Origin: Cyanobacteria bacterium auto_48_18
GTDB taxonomy: Bacteria; Cyanobacteriota; Vampirovibrionia; Obscuribacterales; Obscuribacteraceae
Direction of reading: 5' to 3'
Assembly: GCA_036170915.1 (NCBI GenBank)
Contig: JAVHQC010000029.1
Location: forward strand, 96,001 to 160,000
DNA length: 64,000 nucleotides
The notes beneath the pieces were generated by a model. The model was not told the DNA's origin, searched no databases, and was given only the letters and a program-made list of their open reading frames with translations. This document shows positions 56,738 through 64,000 of the stretch, piece by piece (the first letter of the stretch is position 1; every line of letters starts with the position of its first letter). The position numbers and the translations under genes are program-made.

Positions 56738-57445
56738 GTGGGACACCCGCAGGCCCGGCAAATAGCCATAGACGGACCAGCCGGCGCGGGCAAATCTACC
56801 GTAGCCCGCAGGCTGGCCGACAAGCTCGGATATCTATATATAGATACGGGAGCTATGTATCGCGCCTCCACCTGGCTAGCATTGCAGAACAATATTGCGC
56901 TGACCGACGGTGACGCCATTGCCGCCCTGGCCAGTGCCAGCAAAATTCAACTAAAGCCTGCCGATGCCTCGTCAGACGGCAAAATTCGAGTTTTCGTCAA
57001 CGACCAGGAAATTACTCGCGAAATTCGCACTAATCGCATGTCAGACCTTGTGGCCACCGTTGCTGCGCTCGGTCAGGTGCGCAAAATTCTGGTAGACAAA
57101 CAAAGAGAGCTGGCTAGAGAAGGCGAATGTGTCATTGATGGCCGCGATATTGGCACAGTAGTTGTTCCAGATGCCGGCCTGAAAATATTCATGACCGCCA
57201 GCGCCGAAGAACGTGCGCGCCGCAGGCAAATCGAACTGGCGGCTCAAGGTGAAAACCCTGATTTTGCCGACTTGCTCAAAGCCATCAATGAACGCGATTA
57301 CCTCGACATGAATCGCGCAGTCTCACCTCTAACCAAGGCAGTTGACGCGGTAGAAATAATTACCGACGACATGTCTATCGATGACGTTGTGGCCGCTTTA
57401 GAAAATCTGGCCAAAGAAACTTTTCAGACTCCTGCCGAAGCTTAA
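56738..57445 (+). CDS. cmk: cytidylate kinase
   Basis: IAIDGPAGAGKSTVA, IDTGAMYR, DGRDIGTVV.PDA.LKIF.TAS.EERARRR, RD..D..R..SPL. GTG start at 56738. Confidence 0.95.
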   Translation: MGHPQARQIAIDGPAGAGKSTVARRLADKLGYLYIDTGAMYRASTWLALQNNIALTDGDAIAALASASKIQLKPADASSDGKIRVFVNDQEITREIRTNRMSDLVATVAALGQVRKILVDKQRELAREGECVIDGRDIGTVVVPDAGLKIFMTASAEERARRRQIELAAQGENPDFADLLKAINERDYLDMNRAVSPLTKAVDAVEIITDDMSIDDVVAALENLAKETFQTPAEA

Positions 57446-57551
57446 ATCTGAAAAAAGCACCCGGCCTTCGTAACTACACCAGCGCCAGTTTGCTTCTCTG
57501 CGCTTATATTAGCCATAGAAAAACGCAATCAGTAAATGGTTCGCAAACTAC

Positions 57552-58814
57552 ATGGATGATTCGCAGAAAAACAATAAAGAGCAGCTAGACGGCAAACCTG
57601 ACGCCGACGCTCAAGAACGCAACCCGCAGCTTAATTCTGTAGAAATTCTTGGTGGTGAGCGCATGGCTGCTGCACCCGGAAAAGTGCAATTGCCCGCTGA
57701 CAAAAGCGAGCCACCGATTGGCGTAGCGGTGCTCAAAGATCCAGAAACAATTGTTTTGCATCTAAAGGGAAAAACCGGCACCACCACAGGTGAAGCAGAA
57801 GTCGAGTATCGCCGTGGAGACCTTTATTACGACGACGTCTTCAAGCATATCGGCGGTATTAAGAAGGGCGAAACTAAACTGGTTCCTCCCTGGAAAGATG
57901 ATGCAGGCAAAAAGCCGGCAAAACAAGATGTGATTGCGCCAAAAGACACAGCGCAAGAACCGGTTAAAGACGCTCCAAAAGACACACCGCAAGAACCGGT
58001 TAAAGACGAGTCAAAAGATCCGCAAAAGAAACCGGCTGAAAATTCAGATGTGCCTAAAGATCCAAAAGATTCGACAGATGCTAAAGATCCTAAAGATCCA
58101 AAAGACGCGAAAGATGCCTCAGGCCAACCTATAGACCAAACAGGCAAGCCGATTTTGGTCGACGTTATCATTGCACCGTCGGCTCAGTTTACTCTCAAGG
58201 TCAACGACACCATCAGCAAAATGTCTGCTGAAACACGCGAGGTTCTGGTTAGCTCTCAAACCGAAATTGTTGCTGCCAATAGATTGACTGATGCACTGCC
58301 CGATCTAAAAGGTCAAAAGCCACGCGGTTGGCCACCTGGGCTGACCTGGGACGCAGTAGATGGAGCCTACAGCCCATCGCTCAACATGGTTGTGGTGGCA
58401 GAAGAAACTGAAGACGCGAACGGTAAATGGGTAAAGAGCAATCGCACCGAAGACGTCACTCGCCATGAAGTCGGCCACGCAGTTGATTTTGGCCTGGGTA
58501 AACTGTCTAACACCGCCGCTTTCACCAAAGCTTATGAAGACGACGAAAAAAATATGCCGGCAAAACTAGCGGCGCCACTCAAATATTTCCTGCAAAATGG
58601 TGACGGCGGAAAAGAAGAAGCCTGCGCCGAAGCAATCGCCGCACGCGAGGGTGGATCGACCGGCGGAAGTAATTTTGATGTTGGATTTAAAAAGACCATC
58701 GCCGCCGTTGACGCCGCCTTACTTTTGCGACGGGCAAAACTGCCTGTGTCTACTATCGTCATAAACGTGAAAACGCCGCAGCCTAAAGCTTCTCCGACAG
58801 TCGACACTCCGTAA
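57552..58814 (+). CDS. protein with a C-terminal anthrax-lethal-factor-like (ATLF/PPEP-like) zinc metallopeptidase domain and a Lys/Asp/Pro linker
   Basis: PRGWP.G.TWD.V.G, RHEVGHAVD, F..AY, YF.Q, EEACAEA. Confidence 0.75.
   Translation: MDDSQKNNKEQLDGKPDADAQERNPQLNSVEILGGERMAAAPGKVQLPADKSEPPIGVAVLKDPETIVLHLKGKTGTTTGEAEVEYRRGDLYYDDVFKHIGGIKKGETKLVPPWKDDAGKKPAKQDVIAPKDTAQEPVKDAPKDTPQEPVKDESKDPQKKPAENSDVPKDPKDSTDAKDPKDPKDAKDASGQPIDQTGKPILVDVIIAPSAQFTLKVNDTISKMSAETREVLVSSQTEIVAANRLTDALPDLKGQKPRGWPPGLTWDAVDGAYSPSLNMVVVAEETEDANGKWVKSNRTEDVTRHEVGHAVDFGLGKLSNTAAFTKAYEDDEKNMPAKLAAPLKYFLQNGDGGKEEACAEAIAAREGGSTGGSNFDVGFKKTIAAVDAALLLRRAKLPVSTIVINVKTPQPKASPTVDTP
57939..58010 (+). repeat. 36-bp coding direct repeat (two copies), followed by DPK repeats
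   Basis: CCAAAAGACACA(G/C)CGCAAGAACCGGTTAAAGACG.. twice, encoding PKDTxQEPVKD. Confidence 0.85.
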
Positions 58815-58818
58815 GTTT

Positions 58819-58866
58819 TTCACTTAAGCTCTTCACTTAAGCATTTCCTCTTAAGGTTTGCTTAAG
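58819..58866. repeat. array of four CTTAAG palindromes
   Basis: CTTAAG at 58823, 58836, 58850 and 58861. TTCACTTAAGC is duplicated. Confidence 0.6.
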
Positions 58867-59109
58867 TATTTATCAGCCGGGTATAAAAAACGTGAGGGGC
58901 TGACGGATTTAATCTTTTATTTTTGGCAAGGCATATCTAGTGATGCCTCTAAGACGTCGCGCCTGACTGCAAAAAGCATCAAGACCGATAAGGACTGTAT
59001 ATAGAGCGCTGTCGACAAAAATGCCATTAAGGCTGTATCTTAATAACCTATAACATTAGTAGCCGATCACTTCAGACCGTTTGAATTCTAAGGAATCAAG
59101 GAGCACGTC

Positions 59110-59844
59110 ATGGCCAAGGCGAAAACAAAAACTCTGGACAAGCCACAAGTTGTCTCCGCTGCAAAACAGCAACCCACTGAAGTGACCGAATTGAAGCAGA
59201 TTTTTCAACGCGTTGACCTGGCGCAGACATACGGCCACAAGCATCCCGCTTTTGCGGTCATCGCTCTAAAAGACGGTCGCACCCTTACTGTTAACTATAG
59301 CCAAAAAGGCAATATCGAGACTCTAACATTCTCAGATGGCCGCGTACTTGCCACTGCTGATGGTGGCGCATATTTTTCAGATAATTTACAGCCAGATGTG
59401 AAATTAAAAGATCTCACGCTCAATGTTGATGATGGCGAACTGAACTACAAATCAACTTACGGCAAACGTACCGCCCAGGTCAAAGAAACCGCTAGCGGCG
59501 CTAAATATGCCACTCTTAAGGTCAAAGGCGACCCCCGCGAATTTCAATTGCTTGCCGACAGAAGTCAGGTTGTTATCGGCAAAGAAGGCAAAATGACTTA
59601 CTCTGCCGATGGCAAATATTTGACCATGGAGCCTAAAGGCGGCGGACAAATTAAGTTCCACCTCGGCATCAACATGCTCGACGTTGTCTTCCCTAATGGC
59701 TATCAGCAAAGCTTTTACGCCACAGCTCAAGAGATGAGCCTATTGCAACTTCAACCAATTGGTTTCTACGTCAACTGGTTGCCCGCCGACGACATGGGCC
59801 AACATTTCGAATGGGGCGTCGTGCTACCACAGGCAGTGCACTAG
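59110..59844 (+). CDS. hypothetical beta-rich protein
   Basis: 244 aa, repeated xxDG turns, no signal peptide. Confidence 0.65.
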   Translation: MAKAKTKTLDKPQVVSAAKQQPTEVTELKQIFQRVDLAQTYGHKHPAFAVIALKDGRTLTVNYSQKGNIETLTFSDGRVLATADGGAYFSDNLQPDVKLKDLTLNVDDGELNYKSTYGKRTAQVKETASGAKYATLKVKGDPREFQLLADRSQVVIGKEGKMTYSADGKYLTMEPKGGGQIKFHLGINMLDVVFPNGYQQSFYATAQEMSLLQLQPIGFYVNWLPADDMGQHFEWGVVLPQAVH

Positions 59845-59867
59845 TCTAATCAGACTGAGCCACAGGT

Positions 59868-60335
59868 TTATTTAATTTCTACAGCCTCAATTGATTGGCC
59901 GCGACTGAAAACGTTTTGATTAACGGCAGCGGGGCTGAGGTAGCTCACCATGACTTCATTGAATTTGTCCTGGTCAACCGTTTCGCCACAAGTGAACAAG
60001 TCGACGAAGCAGGCACCGGTTTCAGGATAAGTGTGAATGCTGGCGTGGCTTTCAGAAAGCAGCAAAATGGCTGTTACACCGCCATTCGGAAAAACATAGC
60101 TGCAAGTGTCCAACACCGTGGCACCAGTAGCATTGGCGGCAGCACTAAACGCTTCAAGCAAAGCGTCTGCATTGAGTAAGGCTTCCGAGTCGCAGCCCAT
60201 AAAGCTTGCCATCATATGTCGGCCTTGAAAATGATAATTCGCATTGTTGGCCTGAGCGCACGCAGCCTTGGCGCGGGTTAAAGCCGCCAGCGCGCTTGCC
60301 GAACTATCAGGAGCCGATTTAGAGTCAATACTCAT
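59868..60335 (-). CDS. speD: S-adenosylmethionine decarboxylase proenzyme (class 1B, pyruvoyl)
   Basis: GRH, F..GGVT...LLSESHASIHTYPE, DLFTCG. In an operon with a spermidine synthase gene. Confidence 0.88.
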   Translation of the reverse strand: MSIDSKSAPDSSASALAALTRAKAACAQANNANYHFQGRHMMASFMGCDSEALLNADALLEAFSAAANATGATVLDTCSYVFPNGGVTAILLLSESHASIHTYPETGACFVDLFTCGETVDQDKFNEVMVSYLSPAAVNQNVFSRGQSIEAVEIK

Positions 60336-60344
60336 GCTACTAGA

Positions 60345-61220
60345 TTACCAGAAAAATTCTGCCGCCATAAAGCCAATCTCGGTTAGCAAAACCAGAATGA
60401 TTATCGTCTCGAGAATAAACTCGCCGCGATAATACCTGAACTCCAACAAGCGGTCGTTAGCCAGCTCGTACGTGTCCTCAAAGACTTCCAGCTGGTCATC
60501 GATAGCCCGCATGCGCGCCAAGAGCTCTGTGTGGTTAACAAGCTCTTGCACCATGCGTTTGGCGCTGGCCGGCATGTAGTTGGGCACAGCATCTACAAAA
60601 GGGTCAATGCTGGCAAAATCTGCACGCAAGTTTGTGGCCCACAAAGTTTTCGCATTAACAGTGGCCTGCATGGCCAGATCTTTTCCCTCAATCTGATGAT
60701 TGAGTGCCATGTGTTCACGCAAAGCCGGCCAGCCGCGACTTAACTCGCCCTCAATGCGAGATACCTGAGAAACAAAATAAGAAAAATAGGTCAGGGCTAT
60801 GAGAAGTTCATCAAGTCGATCGCCACTGCACACAGTTAGGGCCAGACCTGAGCGCCAGACAATTCGATCAGAGCGCAGAGTAAGGTCGGCTGCTTCTTCA
60901 AGCGAGTCTTTAAGTGCCGGGTCAATAGAAAGTCTGTCTGATTGCGGTTTAAGCTGTGCCATCCAATTAGAATCTGTAGCCAGATTAGCACCTGAGGCAA
61001 GAACGGCCACGCGTAAAAGCTCCCCCTCTTGTCTAATGCTGGTGCTCGCGACAGGCGCAAATTCAGCAGCAGTAATAACTTCTTTAACTGCATAAACTGG
61101 TGCAGGCACGGCAAATTGCATCAATACCTGATCGCTTGCTTCAACTGCAGGCTTTAACCTAATGCGATAGCAAGCCACAACTTGTGCCAAATCTTGCTGA
61201 GATAGAACAGTCATAGTCAA
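60345..61220 (-). CDS. RMD1/DUF155-like protein with C-terminal TM
   Basis: Helical C-terminal half 'EL..RMRAIDDQLEVFEDTYE...LETIIILVLLTEI'. Confidence 0.55.
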   Translation of the reverse strand: MTMTVLSQQDLAQVVACYRIRLKPAVEASDQVLMQFAVPAPVYAVKEVITAAEFAPVASTSIRQEGELLRVAVLASGANLATDSNWMAQLKPQSDRLSIDPALKDSLEEAADLTLRSDRIVWRSGLALTVCSGDRLDELLIALTYFSYFVSQVSRIEGELSRGWPALREHMALNHQIEGKDLAMQATVNAKTLWATNLRADFASIDPFVDAVPNYMPASAKRMVQELVNHTELLARMRAIDDQLEVFEDTYELANDRLLEFRYYRGEFILETIIILVLLTEIGFMAAEFFW

Positions 61221-61224
61221 ATGC

Positions 61225-62298
61225 CTAAGCTAGCGGATCTACAGGGAAGACCATAATACTTGCATCGGTGTCATCAATAAATGGTGGTGGCACAAACTCG
61301 ACACCATCTTCAAGAATCGGCCCGCCCAAACTGAGCAAAAACTTTGTTTCTTTGCACAATGCAAATCTGCTGCGCAAATAATCACCGGTCAAATGGCTAA
61401 GATATTTTGTGCCTAGTTTAGTTTTGATCGCTCTGTCGATGGCCTCGGCAGACCAGTCTTGAGGCACAAACCAATCAGAGGCAATGAGAAAACCCCAGGC
61501 GCTTAAAAAAGATGGTATCAGTGTGGAATAGCTGTGTACTTCGCTAAACACTGTACGCAGAGTGCGCATCACCGCCGCATGTCCTTTATCATCCAGAAAT
61601 GAAAATTCCATTCCCTGCACCACAACAATTCCACCTTCGCGCACGCGCAGCTTGAGCAATTCGTAAAACTGTTTCGTGTAAAGCGCTTGTGCTGGGCCGT
61701 TGTCGAGCATGTCGACTACATCAATAATAATCACGTCATATCTTTTGTCGTCATCTTCGACAAACTTTTTACCATCGGCAATTACCAAATGCGCTCGCGG
61801 ATCATCAAAGGCACCACAGTGCCAACTGCCTAAATGCTGGCGACAGAGTTCAACAACTTCTCCATCAAGATCAACCATGGTGGCTGATTTGACAGAGCCA
61901 TGCACCAGTACTTCGCGCAGTGAAGCACCTTCACCGCCACCAATAATCAGTACGTCTTTAGGATCAGGATGCCTGAGCATTGCCGGCTGAACCAGCATCT
62001 CATGATAAAGACTTTCATCGTCTTCAGAGCTCTGAATGGCGCCATCTAAAACCAGCACCCGGCCGAAGTTATAGCTATCAGCAATCAACACATTTTGGAA
62101 AGCGGTCTTGCCATTGAAAATTACACTTTTCAGTCGATAACCGTAAGTATCAAACGGATCTGAATCTTCGGTGAACATCAAAGAGCCCGGATTACCACCC
62201 TTTATGGTCTCGTCGTCTACGTACATGCGATCAGGAGGGAGCGCCGGCAAAGGGTAAGGTCGCGTCACGATCGGCTTTTGATCACAGTTTGCGCTCAT
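61225..62298 (-). CDS. speE: polyamine aminopropyltransferase (spermidine synthase family)
   Basis: KTAFQ, GRVLVLDGAIQ, YHEMLVQP, VLIIGGGEG, VDLD..VVE.C, YDVIIID, LYT..FY. Confidence 0.92.
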   Translation of the reverse strand: MSANCDQKPIVTRPYPLPALPPDRMYVDDETIKGGNPGSLMFTEDSDPFDTYGYRLKSVIFNGKTAFQNVLIADSYNFGRVLVLDGAIQSSEDDESLYHEMLVQPAMLRHPDPKDVLIIGGGEGASLREVLVHGSVKSATMVDLDGEVVELCRQHLGSWHCGAFDDPRAHLVIADGKKFVEDDDKRYDVIIIDVVDMLDNGPAQALYTKQFYELLKLRVREGGIVVVQGMEFSFLDDKGHAAVMRTLRTVFSEVHSYSTLIPSFLSAWGFLIASDWFVPQDWSAEAIDRAIKTKLGTKYLSHLTGDYLRSRFALCKETKFLLSLGGPILEDGVEFVPPPFIDDTDASIMVFPVDPLA

Positions 62299-62311
62299 CT
62301 CTCACATACTC

Positions 62312-63265
62312 CTAGTTGCGTAACTGCGCTTTTTCTCGGTCGGCCTTGGCCTTATCTTTGTAGCCCAACTTTTCCATTAAGGCCGCTCTCTCGCCGTAAT
62401 ACTGTGAGGTAGGTTCAAGTCGAATCGCCTCATCTAAGTCGCGCCAGCCCTCTTTTAACTTGCCGGTTTTTATCAATAAGCGTGCTCGATCTGAATATAG
62501 AGTTTCATCTTCTGGTTGAGCGGCGATCATTTTGCTCAATATTTCGATGCCCTCAAGTGACTTACCTACTTTGGCGCATAGCTTTGCTCTGCGAACAGGA
62601 AGCGATGGTCTATTATCAATCTTCTCGAGTGACTGCAAGATCTTTATTGCGCGCTCGCATTGACCTGCATTTTCCAAAAAGGTCGCATACTCATCTAAGA
62701 CTCGCGGAGTAGAGGCCGACTCAGGCATTGCTGCCCTGAATTTCTCATAGTCTGCCAACGCTTCTTTGTCTCGATGCAAATTACTTTTTGCAATTGCCCT
62801 GGCTTTATATGATCTCTGGTCTGGTTTACTGCATGCTAAGGCGCGGTCGCAAAGGCGAATTTCTTCTTGCCAATTTCCTTCAATTCCGGCTAGTTCACCA
62901 AGTTTGCGATAAGCATCACTAAAATCAGAATCGAAAGAAAGTGCTTTCAAATAACAAAGACGAGCGGCCTTAATGGTTCCGTCCAGCACCGCCATATCTT
63001 GCTTTACGCAGCCCAGAAGATACCAGGCTTTCGCGCTGCGCGGCTCAGCTTTCAGGTAACGCTCGAGAGTTACCTTAGCTTTCTCCACCTTTCCACTCTT
63101 GACCATAAGCTCAGCCTGCTCAAGCAATAAACGCTGTTTGACAGGTTCATTGCCTGCGCACACAGGGCTGAAGAAGTTAAAACTGTTGGCTATGTTTGCC
63201 AAAAGAAAGCCTGTTAACAAAATTCTTTGATCAAGTGGTCTGGTCATAGAATCTGTTTTCAACAT
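62312..63265 (-). CDS. secreted TPR-repeat protein
   Basis: Signal-like leader and multiple TPR repeats. Confidence 0.75.
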   Translation of the reverse strand: MLKTDSMTRPLDQRILLTGFLLANIANSFNFFSPVCAGNEPVKQRLLLEQAELMVKSGKVEKAKVTLERYLKAEPRSAKAWYLLGCVKQDMAVLDGTIKAARLCYLKALSFDSDFSDAYRKLGELAGIEGNWQEEIRLCDRALACSKPDQRSYKARAIAKSNLHRDKEALADYEKFRAAMPESASTPRVLDEYATFLENAGQCERAIKILQSLEKIDNRPSLPVRRAKLCAKVGKSLEGIEILSKMIAAQPEDETLYSDRARLLIKTGKLKEGWRDLDEAIRLEPTSQYYGERAALMEKLGYKDKAKADREKAQLRN

Positions 63266-63269
63266 CTGC

Positions 63270-64000
63270 TTAAAAATCTTCTTTTACTTCATCGCGATTG
63301 AGCAGCTCTTCAACTTGCTTGCAGAGTTCTACTACTTTTTCGGGCATATCAGAAGCACGAATAAATTGTCGACACAAATCTAGTGTTCGTCTGATTGCTC
63401 TAACTACATCACCTTCGTCTCGAGGAGAATTCATGCGCACTTGCTCCCAGGGCGAGCCCTGAGCCCACATTTCAGTCAGGCCAGCGAGCTGGGCACCAAA
63501 CTCAATGGGCATGTCCACGTCAAAATCTTTTTGCATGCGCGTGATGCGCCGAGCCATTTTGCTAATTTCTTCAACGCAATGCTCGACGTTGTGAGTCATT
63601 CTCACTTTCATCTGATCGTTACCGCGCGGCTCGTCGCCGATTAATACAGTGAGTACACCAGCTAATTCACTGGGTTTGAGTTCATCGAACATGCCGCTGA
63701 TCGCCACTTCACTCAAGAACAGCTCATTTGAGCCGCGAATAGAAGCGGCCATACGACCGAGTTTTGTCGGCTTGTTGCCGTCAAGATAACCCAGCGTACG
63801 CAAAATATTGGCCAGCGCTTCAAAGGTCGTCCAATATTTTGTGGTTTCGCGGGCCACGCGTTTATCTAAATCTTTGATGCGTTTGATCAGATGCTCGGTG
63901 CGATCTGATTTTGTGCTGCAGGGCTTCTGGACAGGGCAGCCGTGACAGGGCATATCGTAAGCTTCTTTGAGCAAACCCTGAATTTCATTACGTGTCTCAG
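63270..64000 (-). CDS. Ski2-like/HelY DEAD/DEAH-box helicase, C-terminal DSHCT part (truncated by the window edge)
   Basis: L..LGY, T.LGR.A..I...NEL, WA.G..W, DEGD.VR..RRT.DL.RQ. Confidence 0.85.
   Translation of the reverse strand, partial: ETRNEIQGLLKEAYDMPCHGCPVQKPCSTKSDRTEHLIKRIKDLDKRVARETTKYWTTFEALANILRTLGYLDGNKPTKLGRMAASIRGSNELFLSEVAISGMFDELKPSELAGVLTVLIGDEPRGNDQMKVRMTHNVEHCVEEISKMARRITRMQKDFDVDMPIEFGAQLAGLTEMWAQGSPWEQVRMNSPRDEGDVVRAIRRTLDLCRQFIRASDMPEKVVELCKQVEELLNRDEVKEDF

Noticed and set aside
1..64000. tRNA, rRNA, CRISPR, IS/integrase or prophage genes, and the many short antisense or overlapping ORFs in the track
   Set aside because: No T-loop/cloverleaf, repeat-spacer array, or transposase/integrase/phage motif was recognised by eye. 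The short nested ORFs are shadows of longer, motif-supported genes.

Overview
A 64-kb bacterial chromosomal window with about 55 CDS. I found no rRNA, tRNA, CRISPR array, integrase or transposase. A cyanobacteria-like S21, KdsC (diderm envelope) and the absence of photosynthesis genes suggest a non-photosynthetic relative of cyanobacteria (Melainabacteria/Vampirovibrionia-like); this is inference. Housekeeping genes: aspS, rpsU (missed by the ORF track), comM/yifB, kdsC, cmk, a Fe/Mn SOD, a SWIM-SNF2 ATPase, amrS, a speE-RMD1-like-speD polyamine operon and a partial Ski2/HelY helicase. The main accessory system (19.8-29.5 kb) is a three-gene operon coupled by ATGA overlaps. Gene 1 encodes a secreted LamG/CHB_HEX_C-like protein. 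Gene 2 encodes a ~2463-aa RHS protein with a signal peptide, an N-terminal C39-like Cys peptidase, seven inserted ~100-105-aa repeats and a C-terminal HExxH domain; it is split by an apparent 1-nt deletion at ~22790. Gene 3 is an AT-rich putative immunity gene. Immediately beside it lies a CCA-type tRNA nucleotidyltransferase fused to a ~490-aa N-terminal extension with Gly/Ala-rich helices and a zincin-like HExxH...E motif, which could be an exported effector. Other oddities: an anthrax-LF-like metallopeptidase, a stand-alone four-module MshEN-like protein, an HTH-coiled-coil-amphipathic-tail protein, and several palindromic or structured intergenic regions. All family calls come from reading motifs by eye, not from database searches.
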